From the NCBI GenBank assembly GCA_010405405.1, contig MU004247.1:124001-188000 (forward strand): a stretch of 64,000 nt of DNA. The letters are read 5' to 3'. This DNA comes from Microthyrium microscopicum. Lineage: Eukaryota. How positions within the stretch are numbered: position 1 is the first letter of the stretch; each line of letters opens with the position of its first letter. Under the pieces are notes generated by a model. That model was not told the origin of the DNA, searched no databases, and saw nothing but the letters and a program-made list of their open reading frames with translations. The position numbers and the translations under genes are program-made. This document shows, piece after piece, positions 13,628 to 28,063 of this stretch.

Positions 13628-14939
13628 GGTTTAGATGAGAGGTTGCCTTTCGAGAAACAGCGACTGGGTCTCCGGGTTAGAGCTAGATCTTGGCGTATGA
13701 TATCAAGGTTGTATCAGATCGATTGGCGTGGAGAAGCTCGATGATTTACAAGGTAAGGTTGACCTGGTGGCTCCCCGCAGCATGATGAAAAAGTGAAGCG
13801 GAAAGTAGCCTGGGGTATCGTGGGTACGCTATCCATTTTTAGCACGGAGACATGACACCGACGGTACCAAACGACCGACGACCAACGATGTTCTTCGTGT
13901 TCGTAGTGGCAGAGGATTAGATGGTTTATTGCTGTTCTAAAAGATTGATATGTTGTTGAAGACATGGAGAACAGCTACTGCGGGCCCTTAAAATACCCTC
14001 TCTACAGGCCTGAAACGCCCCTGGGGGCGTTCTTGCTCCGTCAACGACCAACGTTACGCTCTAGCCTCTACGTATGCTCTACTGCGCCGCACTTTTAACA
14101 ATTCTTTAGCATTTCTGGATCCTAAAAGTGCCATACTTTCATGCCGAGGCTAATTCATGAGCTGGTTGTTTCCTTTTTCTTTGCGGCCAACCTGGGTCTT
14201 CACCTCAAGATCAATATGCCGAGCTCCGAGTCTCGACCTACGAGGCTACGAACCAATTGGATGATTTTAGCACTTTCATCGATGAACATATACTTGATTG
14301 TCTTCTTCGGTTTTCTTGGGGTGTACCAATATGTTGGAAAGACTGGATGTCTAGAGTTTTATGCCGTGGTGAGCATACAGTAACATTAAAGATGTATTGG
14401 AGCGCAACCTAATTGGTCCAAAGTGTAAGTTACATTAATCTTCCAAAGTCAATGTCGAGTTTAGTTTCTACCAGCCGTTATGAATAGCTGCTCTAGAAAA
14501 TGACACAGGGAAGCCTAGTCGCATCTAGCTTCTAGGTTTATTCTTGATAGTCAATTATTCGTTCGTCAAAGACGACCAACCGCGAAGCTACCAAGCCTTA
14601 TGATAAGGCTCCGGTCACCAGAACAAAGGTATTATCACATTTGCCACTATCTGGTTTGTCGACAGTAAGCCTCTGATGATGAAGGTGTTTCAAAGATTAA
14701 CAGGGGTGATAAGGCTTAAAGTTAGCCTTATTGGTAGTCTTCTCTTCGTATTAGCCTTGACGTTGTCACGTTTTCCAATTGAACCAGTCATGTTTTCATG
14801 CCAAAATAGGGTCAAACTGCTCCATACAGGGACCTCCTTAGACAACTGACAGGGTCTTTATACCTTTGTTCCTCAAAGGATTCACTAGAACGTAATATGA
14901 GGCCTAGGTAGGAAGCGTCTAGCCCTAAAAGGCAGCCTT

Positions 14940-15207
14940 TGTTAGAAATAGGTCGTTCTAAGTAGGTAAAGACTATAATTATTATAGTTTAAGTAGATAC
15001 ATAAAAATAGAGACGAGAGTAATTACTAAGAAGTTACTTAGACTCCTATAATCTCTTTTCTTTATTACCTAAAGCTATAAAGACTCTACTAAGCTATCTA
15101 TATTTATAATAAGTTATTATTAGTTAACCTAACTAATAATACTTTATTCTATATAAATATATTCTATTAGTAGTTATCTTAAACTAGAGGTATCCTAGTT
15201 CCTAATA
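14940..15207 (-). repeat. 3' LTR of Gypsy A copy 2
   Basis: 268-bp direct repeat of 23451-23718, followed on the plus strand by TTATTCCTTTTCTT (PPT complement). Confidence 0.93.
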
Positions 15208-18200
15208 TTATTCCTTTTCTTAAGGCTATTTATCCTAAAGAGTACTTTTAAAGGTTCTAATAAATATTTCTTATACTTATATATAGTTTTTAATTATACT
15301 TTATTATACTAAGACTTAAAAAAAAATAAGGCTTAATTAAATATATAGAATTAGATTACCTATACCTTAGAAAGTTTTTTATAGCTTAGTAATATTCTTA
15401 TTTTTTAGCTTTAGTATATTACTTATTTAAGATAAATAGCTTTCTATTTTTTACTTACTCTAGATAAATAGCTCTCTATTTTTTATTAGTCTTAGGCTAT
15501 AATTAACTATATTAACTTAAACTTAAAAGAGTCTAGTTATTAAGGTCTAATATATTAGTAAAATATTTAATAAGTAGTTAATAGCTTTATTAGAGTCTTA
15601 ATTAGTTAATACTAGCTTTATTAGAGCTAAATTAATCTATTTATAAATATAATATAGTACTACTATTTATATTTAATTAAATTTTATTAAAATACTACTA
15701 AATAGTTATTCTATATATAGTATAAGTTATCTAGTTATTAAAATATATATAGCTTAACTTAGTTAGTTATACTATATTAGCTATACTAAATTTATATTAG
15801 TTTAGTATAATTAGCTTTATAGTAGGTTAGGTAGCTATAACTTATATATAAAACTACTTTATAAGCTTTATTTAGTTCTAGATTAGAGGTATATTTTAAT
15901 TCTATTTTATATTAAAAAAGATTCTTAAAAAGGTACTTCTTATATATATATCTTAACGCTTCTTACGTTTAATTAAGAGTTATTTTATATTATTTATAGT
16001 AAGGTATTTAAATCTTTACTTAAAAATTTAGAAACTTTAAGGCTAGAATTATACCTTTCTATTTAAGAAGTTATAATCTCTTTAAGTACTTACTATACTA
16101 TATATAACTTCCTTTTATTATAAGAGGCTCTTATAAGTTTTTACTAAGTACTATTATATTAATACTTAGCTATTTTAAAAAGATAGAGAAATTTAAGTAT
16201 AAAATAACTCTTCTTACTCTAAATTCTTTATCTCTTATTTTTTATATTCTAAATCTTAAGATAAGTAGAAATTTTATAGTTTTATAAATATATATAAAGA
16301 TTACTATTACTAATCTATTTTACATTATAAGTTCTTTTCTAGTAACTATAAATTTTCTCTTTTTAGTTATTAAGCTACTTAGCGCCTTCTTAGGTATTCT
16401 TAACCTATTTTAGTATATTTTATACCTTTCTAATCTTTAATAACTTATCTTAACTAACCTATATACTTTTAAACTTATCTTTATTTAAAGTAAGTATTAA
16501 TATAAATAAGTTACTTAAAGATTCTATTAAAAACTTTTAGGTTCTTATTAAGGATAACTTTAACTTTAGTAAGACTATAATAACTATTCCTACTAGTAAT
16601 AATATTATTACGTCCTATAATAACTAAATCTTAACTACTAATATTATAAACTTTATTAAAGTAGTCTTTAAGAATAAAATAAAGTAGGAATATACTAATA
16701 AGAATATTATAGCTTTACTTAATCTATTATAGTATTACTTAACTCTAAATCCCTATTAGTATTATATAGAGGTCTATACTATATATTTCTTTCTTCTTTT
16801 AATTACTAAACTTTACCTTATTTCTAACTTAGACTATTATTATACTTAGTAAGTTAGTTTAAGTAAGTACTTTATTAAATATCTTAATATAAAGTTAACT
16901 AAGGATTATCTAGAAGTAGTATCTTATTCTAGCTTATTTTATATTATATTATACTAATATAAGTAAGTTATTTTTTATTAAAACTTTTATAATAAAGCTA
17001 AGCTTATCTTAGTTTATATTATAATTAATAAGGTTATTTATACTTTTAAGAATAGTTCTTAAGATAAATTATCCTATAAGGATAAGTATATACTTTATAG
17101 TAGTATTTAGTATACTTATAAATACGTAATAACTCTTTATAAATTATAAATATTTATTTTAACTAATTCTAGTCTAGTTTTATATATTTAGACGCTAATT
17201 AGTTTATAGTTATATATTTAAGTAGCTAGTAGCTAACTTCTTTTTATTATATTCTAGTATTACTAAAAGTAGCTTCTATATAACTTATATACTTATTAAC
17301 TACTATATAGGTACTAAAGCTACCTAAAAGCTAGTAAATAATAGCCTTTTAGAATTAGAGAAGTATATTATAGCTTATCTAGTTTTCTTAGCTACTAATA
17401 TCTAATTTTATTCTTTTAAGTACTTTAAGCGTTATAATACGCTATATTCTTAGTATTAAGACTTCTACTATATTATTAGTCCTTAAGGACTTAACTTATC
17501 TTAAGTAAGTCTTTTTATATCTATAATAAGTTACTTTATATTTAATTATCTTATAATAATTTACTAATACTAAGAATAATCTAAGTAGCGTCTTTATAAA
17601 CTTTTAAGTACTTCTTAAGTACTATAAGGCTTATCTTAGTATTTCTAAGCACTAAGAAGTTAAGGCCTATATTAAAAAGGCTATTAAGGCCTTCTATAAG
17701 AATAGTTATACTAATAAAAACTATTCTAAAGTTAAAGCTATAAGTTTTACTATAAAAAAGTATAAGATAGGCTAGGTAGCTTCTTCTTAAATTAAAATAA
17801 AGTTAGATAGGTTATTTTAGATCTTTTAGAATTTAGTATTATTTATACTTAGCTTTAATTAACTAAGTAGGGCTATTTCTTATTATATTAAGTTATTTTA
17901 TATCTCTTAAGGATAGATTAATTAATAAATACCTTTCTAAGACTTTCTAAAAATAAGTTTATTAGTAGATACTCTTATAAAACTATTATATAACTAATTT
18001 AACTCTTAGTTAAAAATTACTTATTCTTTTATATATTTTCTAATACATATTTTAACTCTATTTTATATTAAAAAGAGTTCTTAAAGAGGTATCTTTTCTA
18101 TATATATAGAGACTTATTTTATATATTATTCTAAGTTATTTTATATATTTATAACTTAATAGTTTTCTTATATACTTATTATTTAGTATTATTTTTAAGT

Positions 18201-21200
18201 TACTTTAAGTTAATTTATTATAATATATATATAAGAAGGTTAATTTTAAGTTCTAATTAGTAAGAAAATTATAAAGTAATTATTTCCTTTCTTTAAAAGC
18301 TTATCTTAAGTCTTTTAGGTCTTCTTTAGCCTTCTTAGCTATCTTTTTAGTCTTATAAGGTTAAGATTTATTAACTTATCTATAATATTATCTAAATACG
18401 TTATTTTATATTTAACTATTCTTTTAATTATATTTATAGTAAGTATAATATCCTTTTTAGCTAACTTTACGTAATAGCGCTTTAAAATAATTAAAGAAAG
18501 GTTAGTTATAAGCTTTTAAGTTAATTCTAACTCTAGGTAACCTTTTTATTTTATAAAGTAATAATATTTACTTCTTTTATCTATTATATACTTTATTACT
18601 TCCTCTATATTATATATATTTAGGTCTTCTAAGTTTAAAAAATTCTATAGTAATATAAACTTTTATAAAAAGTAAGAGTTTAGCTTATATAGCTCTAATA
18701 AAAAGATATAGAATATATTATAAACTTATATATTTTTTAAGAGGTTAAGCTAGTAAGTATTAATATTTATAATCTTTATAATCTTAAAGAGGCCTATATA
18801 CTTAATATTAAGCTTTTTCTTAATATAAGTAGTCTAAATATTTTTTATATTAAGTAAGACTTAGTTATTAATATTTAAATAAATATCTTTCTTTTCTTTA
18901 TTATACTAATTAGCTTAGTATAGCTATATTTTAGCTAATTTATTCCTTATTATATATTATAAGAATAGAATATAGTTTACTATTTCTTTAGCATTAAGTA
19001 TAATACTTTTTAATAGTATTTTAGCTAATTTAAGAGTATAGAAGTTCCTTCTAATATATATAATAAAAGAAGTAACTTTAATTAATAAGTAAATACTATT
19101 ATTATAGTTAAACTTAGCTAAACTAAGCTATCTTACCTAATTATCTTATTCTTAATACTTATAAATCTATAGATAGTATTTAACTTTCTAGTTTAAGTAC
19201 TCTATTTAATTATTAGTTTATAAATAAAATACTATTAAGAGTTTTCTAAGGATAAAAAGGTAATAAAAAAATATTTTTTAATACTTAGAAATAAAGAGAG
19301 ATTCTTAATTAAATATAATAGTATAAGGTACGCTATATAGATATATAACCTTTTATAAAAAGATTTTAGTAAAATCTTTTATATTTATATTCTTTCTTAT
19401 TAAGATATAGTAGGCTATTTTAGTTAGTTTATTAATAACTACTATAATAGAGTTATAGGTTTAACTATTATAAATACTTAGGAGTAAATCTATAATAAAA
19501 TCTATAGTAATATTCTTCTATAGTACTTTTAGGACTAGTAAAGCTATTAGTAATCCTTTTTAGGCCTATCTAATAGATTTATTATATTAGTAGTTAAGAT
19601 AAGCCTTATAATAGTCTTTAACGTCTTTCTAGACATAGTCTTAGATATAGTAGTACTTAATCTTCTTAAGTATTTTCTTTAATTCCCTATAACTATCTTT
19701 TATAACGTTATTATAGAACCTTTATAGGATTTTCTTCTTTTATAACTCTTCCTTAATAAAAATAAGATTTCTACTTATCTATTTCTCTTTATTTAAGTTA
19801 TTCTTAGCTAAAGGAGGTTTATTAATAGCTAAAATCTTACTAGAGCTTATTTTTAAATATTTCTAAGTCTTAATAAGCTTATCTTAACTCTTCTTAAGTT
19901 AGTTTATAATAAGATACTACGTATTAATACTAATATATATAATAATAAAGTCTATAAGTCTAATAGCGTTAGTTTTAGTTATAAGAGCGTTATTAAGCTA
20001 TAACTTATTATAAAATAGGTTAAGTAATACTTCTATAGTCTTTTTCTATTCTTTTTAGTTTTCTTTAATATAGTCTAGATATCTTAAGGGTTTATTAGCT
20101 AGATTTATCTTACCTAAGTAATACTTAATATTAAAATTATATTTTAAGAATAAATTTATCTACTTTATATATATTAATAATATTTTTAGTATTATTTTAA
20201 GTAATTTAAGATTTATATAGTTTATTAAAACTTAAAATTAGTCTAGTAAGCCTTATAAGTACTTTCTAAATACTTTTAAGAAATCTATAATTACTAAGAA
20301 CTCTTATTATAAAGTCTTATAGTAGCTCTCTAATAAAAATAATTTCTAAGAATAGAATATAATAAGTTTCTATAGATTATCTTAACTCTTATTATACTAT
20401 CTTTAGCTTAATATCTTATAAATTACTCTTTTAGAAGTATTAGTTTCTAACTATATAAAAAGCATAGAATTAAAATAAGCTAAAATTAGCGCGTTTATAA
20501 AAGAATCTTTTAGTTTATTAAAAGAATCTAAAGCGTCTAGTAGTAATTTAATATTTATAAACTTCTTCTATTATAGCTTTAGGCCTTTTAGGACCTAACC
20601 TAATTCTTTTTAGGTTAAAGTATTTAGTAGTATAGTAATATAAAAAAATTTAGTATTAAACTAATAATAGTAGTTTATAAAGCTAATAAATTCCCTTACT
20701 TAGTATACGTTATATAATTTTAGCTAATCTAAATATATATTAACTTATAACTAATCTATAGTAGTACTATTTAAGGTTATAATATAACCTAGATACTTTA
20801 TACTACTAGTATAAAACTTATACTTAAATAGTTTTATATATAAATAATACTCTATAAGTTACTATAAAACTTTTTAAATATCTTTAATATATTATTTCTT
20901 AGTTTTAGAGTAAATAAGGATATTATTAAAGTAAATAATATATATTATATCTACTAAGCTTCTTAATACTTAATTAATATATACTTAAAAGGCTATAAGA
21001 GTATTTATAAGTCTAAATAGGACTACTATATATTTAAATATCTTATATTTAGTCTTAAATATAGTCTTTTATTTATTACTATCTTTAATATATAAATAGT
21101 AGTAAGCTTTATATAAGTTAAGGCTAGTAAAGAACTTAGTACCTTAAAGTCTATTTAAAAACTTCTTAATAAGAAGTAATACGTACTAATCCTTAATAGT

Positions 21201-23450
21201 AATATTATTTAGGCCTTAATAGTTTATATAGAGTTATAATATTTTATCTTTTTTCTTTATAAAGAGAATAAAGACTCTAATAAAAGATCTTAACTTCTAA
21301 ATCTAACTTCTTATAAAGTAAGTATTTAAGTACTTACGTAGAATAACTAACTTAGCCTTTAAGAGGCTATAAATAGGTTTATATAGTACTATAGTATTTA
21401 GCTCTAAGTTAATTTTAAAGTCTTATAAACTATATTAGGCTAGTTTAAGTATATCTTATTTACTAAAGGCTTTAGTAAACTATAAATATTTACTTAGGAG
21501 CTCTTCTATAAATAAATTTAAGTTTAGTAACTTAACTAGATAATTAAATAGTTAGAATAAACTATCTTAAACTAACTTAAAGAACTTATTAGCATTTATA
21601 GTTTCTATCTTACTATAGAAGCTATTAAAAGGTTACTCCTATGTAAAGGTTTTATTCTTAAAGTTTAGAAGAAGATTCTACTCTTTTAACTAGAGTATTC
21701 TTATAATAATAAAGTAATATAAAGAGTTTATAATATAAAATAACTCTATCTTAGTCTTAAAAAGACTATTTAAGTTAACTATTATTACTATAGCTTTTAT
21801 AACTCTATAAATTTATATAAAAGTACTATCTAAGTATATTATAAGTATCTTAGAAAAAGAAGTAATATAGAGTTAAAGTCTTTTAGCTAGCTTAACGTTT
21901 ATAACGTTAAAGTATAACTTATAATTAACTATAATATCTAAGGATAAGGCCTCTTAGCCTTTATTATTCTTTAGACTTCTTTATAAATATATTTACTTTA
22001 ACTTTAGTTTTATAAAGTCTATCTTATTAAGTAAGTTATTATTCTTAGCTTTTAATATCTTTAAGATATATATAATAATAGTTTTATAAAGCTATTTAGT
22101 ACTAAGCTAGGCTATCTTATTAATAAGAAAAGCTATTAAGTTCTAGTCTATAATTTTATAGTTTTATCTTTCCTTTATAATTTAGAGTATTTTATTTTAA
22201 AGTAGAGTTTACTATATTTAAAGTATTTAACCTTTTTTAGGTTAGACTCTAATAGAATATCTATATTCTAAGTTATTTTAAGTATAGCTTATTCTACCTT
22301 ATTATTTTTTAAAGAGTAAAAGGACTTTCTAAGTATTCTTAGCTCTTTTAAGCTCTTTTTATACTTATACTTATTTCTTAAGAAGTATAAGTATTATTTT
22401 AGAAAAGGTTATTTTAGGTTTACCTTTTTAAGAGTAAAATAAACCTTAGCCTCTATAGAACTAAGAGTCTAGTATAAGTTAGCCTTTTTAAGAGCTTTTT
22501 TAATTATAGTAGTAGTAAACTTTTTATTAAAGAAAATCTTCTTTTATATATTTTTAAAAAGGTCTCTATAGAACTAAAAAAAGTAACCCTTCTAATTATT
22601 ATATTCCTATTCTTTTTATAACTTAAGAAAGTTATTATAGAGCTCTTATAAATAGTATTAACCTAATTTAATTATTTAAGACTTCTTAAAAGTAATATAT
22701 TCTTACTTTATAAAGTAGCCTAAATAGCTTAATATATAGTCTTAGACTACTTACTATATCTTTTAGAATTCTAAGTTTTAAGACTCTTTATAAAGAATAA
22801 AATTATCTAATTTTATTTATAATAGCTCTTTTTTAAGCTAATTATATTTATAAATATACTAGTAGAGTTACTAGTTATAAGTGCTCTTCTAATAAAAAGA
22901 TTTAATAAATTTCTATTTAACATTATTAACCTAAGATATATATTCTTAGAGATTCTTCTTTTTATAAAGCTCTATCTTAGGCTTATCTTAGTTTAAAAGT
23001 CTTAAAAAGGTAAGAGCTTAGCTTAAAAGATACTAATTAAGTCTTATTATATTAACTTAGCTAAAGTTCTCTAACTCTTAAGTAGTTTTAAGCTTACTAA
23101 ACTAGATTGCTCTAGCTTTTATTATTAGCTTTTATATCTTAAGCTTTAGCTTCTTTTTATTAATAAGCGCGTTAAGTTTTTCCTTATAGTACGTTATAAA
23201 ATTATTTTAGGTCTCCTTAGGCCTAGGTAGGTTAAAGTTAGCTAGTTTAATATTAGATAGGTTTAATAGATCTCTAAATATATTAGTTTAAAGTATAATA
23301 GATACTAGTAATCCTTAGCCTAATAGTTAAGGCTACCTAAGTCCTATTTAAGCGTTAAGGTCTAAATATTTACTATTAGATATAGTTTCTAATTAGATAA
23401 AAAATAAAAATAATTTCTTTAGGTACTTAAGGATTAAGAAGTAATTACTA

Positions 23451-23718
23451 TATTAGAAATAGGTTATTCTAAGTAGGTAAAGACTATAATTATTATAATT
23501 TAAGTAGATATATAAAAATAAGGATAAGAGTAATTACTAAAGAGTTACTTAGACCCTTATAATCCCTCTTCTTTATTACCTAGAGCTATAAGGACTTTAC
23601 TAAGCTATCTATGTTTATAATAAGTCGTTATTAGTTAACCTAACTAATAACGCTTTATCCTACGTAGACATGTCCCATTGGTGGTTGTCTTAAACCAGAG
23701 GTGTCCTAGTTCCTGACA
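23451..23718 (-). repeat. 5' LTR of Gypsy A copy 2
   Basis: 268-bp repeat ending in un-RIPed TTCCTGACA followed by the TSD. Confidence 0.93.
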
Positions 23719-24156
23719 GCCTTTGGTTTTTGAGACTTTACTGCTTTCGGAGCTATCAATCCTGTTGCTCCCCGCAGTCATGCTTACTGGTTTCCTTCGA
23801 GAGACCTATCGCTGCCTAATTCGGAGCCTCTCAATTTGTAGCTTAGCTACTTTTAGCTGTTAGACTTTTGTCATAACCTGGTCTCGGTGTAGAAAGTAGC
23901 AGATCTACGACGACCGGATATCAGTATCGACGTTCATGGGTCTGCATCGGTCAGGGGTCGCCCCTCTGTACTCCAGATTATGGATTGTTTGGATTTCAAT
24001 TTTCAATCGAATTGCGCATGGCGGTATCGTAGCATTTAATGCATCACTCGGCCCCGAGTTGTTTGCATAGTTCGAGCATGTTGAATTGATTTTGTCATTG
24101 AACTGAAAGACCTTTGACACAAATCTGCAGATTGTTCATCACCAAACATCTTTGCG

Positions 24157-26218
24157 ATGGGTACCTATTACGGACTTTCTTCATCTCCAATCATACAGCC
24201 TCTCGATTGGCGAGAGTTTACTCCTAGATCCGCTCCACTAGTGACCCTAGCAGACCTCAACGCCCCATATGCTGAGCTATCAAACAGGGCTACGACTGTC
24301 AAACGTCGAAGCAAAAAAGCACAAACTCTGAGCGACAGCGATTGGGAGCCTTTCAAAGCGAAGATCATCTTTTTGTACCTTGAAAGACGCCTCAAGTTGG
24401 GGCAAGTAAAGCGCCGAATCGAGGACGACCATCCTGGCTTTACTGCTTCGTGAGTTATACTTGCAAATGTCTATTTCCTTGTACTAATTGCATATCAAGC
24501 CTTGCTCAGTACAAACAAATATTGAATCGATGGGAGGTAAGCAAGAATGTCAGGGAGGTGGAGATGCAACACATCGTCAAAAAGATGCAAATCAGGAAAC
24601 TGATTGAAAGAGGAAGAGATCTGCGATTCTACAGACGCTGGAACTTTGGTGGAAGCTACAAGAGAAAACTGGTTGAAAATAGGAAAATACACAGATGGAT
24701 GAAAGAGAATGACATTCCTCATGACGAATTATACTATCCCACTCTGGGTACAGGTAAAGTCAATTGACATCCATACATACGAGCTAAACTGATCTTTCCA
24801 CAGACACTCCACCAAACATCGACGCCGAGACTGAGTCCGAGGATGGATCGCCTTTCTCAGGCTCAGTGATCTTCCAAACACCATCCACAACCACAGAGGG
24901 ATCTGGCGAAGAACGGTCTCCAATCCTTTCATATATTCATCAAGTTTCTTCTGACCACGGTTCATTTCTTAGCAATGACGAATTCAATCGAAACTCTATC
25001 GCTGGCGCATCCTCAAACCAAACACTTAGACCGCCACTTCATATCCGAAATCATAGTTCTTCATCTTCGATGAACTCATGCCCATCTTCATCATCACTTG
25101 AAGATCAAGTCCAGTCGCGAGAGCACAACCTTCATATGCTGGACTTGCAAAGACAATTCGGAGCTACTTCCCTAGAAGAGGGCAAATACCGAGTTGCAGA
25201 GGAGGCTTTCAAGACGGTAGTCGAAGGTCTTGCATACTGCCATGGACCGGAAAACGATGCCACCATGTGTGCTCAACTGGAACTGGCCTCCGCTAAGCAA
25301 GAGCTTGGACACTACAAGGAAGCCGAGAAGATATGTCGAGAGGTCAATAATCACAGAACAGCAGTGCTTGGTCTATTACATCCGGACACTCTGGCCAGTA
25401 TGGCCCAGCTGACGATGGTGCTGGCAGACCTTGGCCGCATGGACGATTCAGAAATCATGGGCAAACAAGTGGCGGAACTGCGAGAACAAGAACTTGGACC
25501 CGAGCACAGAGATACGCTTAAGAGCAAGAACGACCTTGTGAAATTACACTTGATGCGAGGGAGATATGAGGAAGCTGAGGAATTGGGAGAACAACTTCGC
25601 GCCACCTATACCAGAACATTCGGCCTGGACGACAGAGATGCTCTAGCCTGTACCAGCAATATGGCGGAGGCTTATTCCTTACAGCGTAAATCCGATTTTG
25701 CCGAGTCGTTGACGCTGGTGATGATTGACGACTATACCAGAATCCATGGCCATGACCACCCTCTTGTATTGCGCAGCATGTCCAATCTGGTGGTCATATA
25801 CATCGAACACGAACATCCTCAACTGGACAAAGCGGCCGATCTGGGCGAGGCTCTACTACGAGCTCAAGAAGGAAATTTTGGCTGCGATCATCCAGACACA
25901 TTGACGACCATGAATAACTTAGCATACGTCTACATGGAACAGGGCCTCCTCAAGAAGGGTGAGAAGATGAGCATGAAAGCCCTTACGATATACGATAGTG
26001 GCGCTCTCGGCCAGAATCACCCAGATGCTGTGCTTTGCTTGGATACATATGCCTGCATTTTGGAACGACAGGATCGACTCGACGAAGCAATTGGACAAAT
26101 GGCCAGGTGTATCCGGCTGACAGATCCGAAGCATCCAGATAGGCTGGAATTTGTTGAGAAGATGGACGAGTGGTGCAGGAAATTGGAAGCAAGGAGAGCG
26201 CCACGCCGGCGCCTTTGA
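24157..26218 (+). CDS. Clr5-domain protein with kinesin-light-chain-type TPR repeats (3 exons; introns 24450-24499 and 24754-24803)
   Basis: Clr5-like WEPFKAKIIFLYL...F.AS..QYK..LNRW...KN and repeated LGxxHPDTLxSM TPR units. The GT-AG introns restore frame. Confidence 0.8.
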
Positions 26219-26342
26219 TATACGTATATATTGGCGAAAAGATTCAATATCACATCAATTTTCTTTCAGGGTAAAGCAACGTCTAGAAGTAACGCCGAAG
26301 CCGTAACGGCCATGCAAGCTAATCCCATCCCTCTTCTTACAC

Positions 26343-27788
26343 TCAAATTCCCCCAAGTGTAAGCTGCTCCCTGACCGCCTCAACAATCGGCGTCGAAGAA
26401 CCACTCTTCTCCGCCTTCAACAGCGCGATATTCTCTCTGAACGCAATATACTCACTATCCGCATATCCCAGAATGCCACTGATCTCGGTAGCCTGAAGAC
26501 CGCGAATTCTCTTGATTTCTGTGGACGAGTAGTTCACAATCGCACGACCGACTTCCACTGGCGCGGGATCGGACTTTTCGTAGTGTGGAGTTGTTGGCGT
26601 GTGAATGCTAGATGTTCCATTTGGTGTCGATGGACTTTCCTTCAGAGCGTGGGTGCTGGGTAATGTGGATCTTTTGACGACAAAAATGCGTACTGCTTCC
26701 TGCTGCGCGAACGTTCCTTCTACGTCGAGAATACCAGAGGGGAATAAATTTGCTTTGTCGGTGAGTGCTTTGTGGGCGTTTTCGTCAATGTAGATATTAC
26801 CGCTTGGACTGTAGATGTGTAGTAGCCAGAAATGGCGATCGCGTATTGGATTCTCTGCTGGGAGGAAGCGAGTATGCAATGGGACTTTGATATCATCGGA
26901 TGGATGCTCAATGCCTTCGATGATATTGCGTATGTTTCCGGGGAGGGAAGATATTGTGATGATGGTGGTTACTCCTACACTAGTTGCGCGTCTGGCGGCG
27001 ACGATTTTGGTGAACATGCCGCCAGTGCCTAGACTTGAGCCTCTGCTAGAGACGTCTGCTTCTAGGCTGTCAATATCGGAGACTACTTGGATTGGTTTGG
27101 CGTCTGGGTTGGAGCGTGGATTCTTGTCGTAGAGACACTCGACGTCTGTCATGAGGAAGAGGTAGTCTGCGTGGACCATGCCGGCTGTTATTGCGCTTAG
27201 AGTGTCGTTGTCGCCGAATTTGATCTCTGTTACTGCCAAGGTGTCGTTCTCATTGACAATTGGAATGACTCCGTATTCAAGTAGCTGGAAAAACGTCTTT
27301 TGGGCATTGAGATACTGTGTGCGGTCGGCGATGTCGTTGCGCGTCAATAGAACCTGGGCTACTGGCTGGCGGTAGTGAGAGAACAGTTGATCCCATAAGC
27401 TCATCAGTCTACATTGACCGATGGCTGCTAGGGCTTGTAGTTTGTCGAGTTGCTTTGGACGTTTATCGAATTTCATGTCTTGTGCTTCCATGCGTTGCAT
27501 GCCGACACCAATGGCGCCAGACGAGACGATGATGACTTTGTGGCCGGCATGTTGAAGCTTGACGGCGGTATCAACAATCAAACTGAGGATTGGTAGCAGC
27601 GGTTCATGAGTTTTCTCATCCACAATTGAACTGGTTCCTGAAGAGAGGAAGTTAGAGAAATTTCCCAAAAGAAAAAGTGCAAGCAAGCCACAAGGCTGGC
27701 GTTACAAGGGTGAGATCCACACTTAAATGTTGACGGGACGGTTGACATGCTTACCCAGCTTTATAACGATTGTAAGATGTTTCTTCAT
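26343..27788 (-). CDS. PRO1: Glutamate 5-kinase with PUA domain (intron 27638-27754)
   Basis: IVIKLG|TSS, VSSGAI, NENDT, KFGDNDTLSA and GTGGM motifs. Confidence 0.95.
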
Positions 27789-28063
27789 GATCAAGTTTGT
27801 ATCACGAAGTCAAAAACGCGTTCAACTACACTTTGAGAAGTATTGGAGAGAATAATTGGAAAGAGAGAGCAGAAGTAGAGTCATCAACAAAGTACCGACA
27901 CTTGACACCAAAAATCTCGAACCCTGATCCATCCGCCTGACTTTTTTTCAACGCCCTTTCATCTACAACTTCATTACAATCCGACCAATTCCACCCTGAT
28001 GTCCCGAGGCTACGCGATCAATCACCTTCCTCAATAACCCTCCTCACGCTGCATATCGCCATC

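Larger units (their letters stand above)
14940..23718 (-). mobile_element. Full-length (8779 bp) RIP-degraded Ty3/Gypsy chromovirus family A, copy 2
   Basis: LTRs at 14940-15207 and 23451-23718 (TGT...ACA outer ends). 5-bp TSD GCCTT at 14935-14939 and 23719-23723. Minus-strand PPT next to the left LTR. RT relic near 20910-20933. Chromodomain relic (YFVKWKGYPESESTWEP after de-RIP) at about 18510-18600. Confidence 0.95.
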
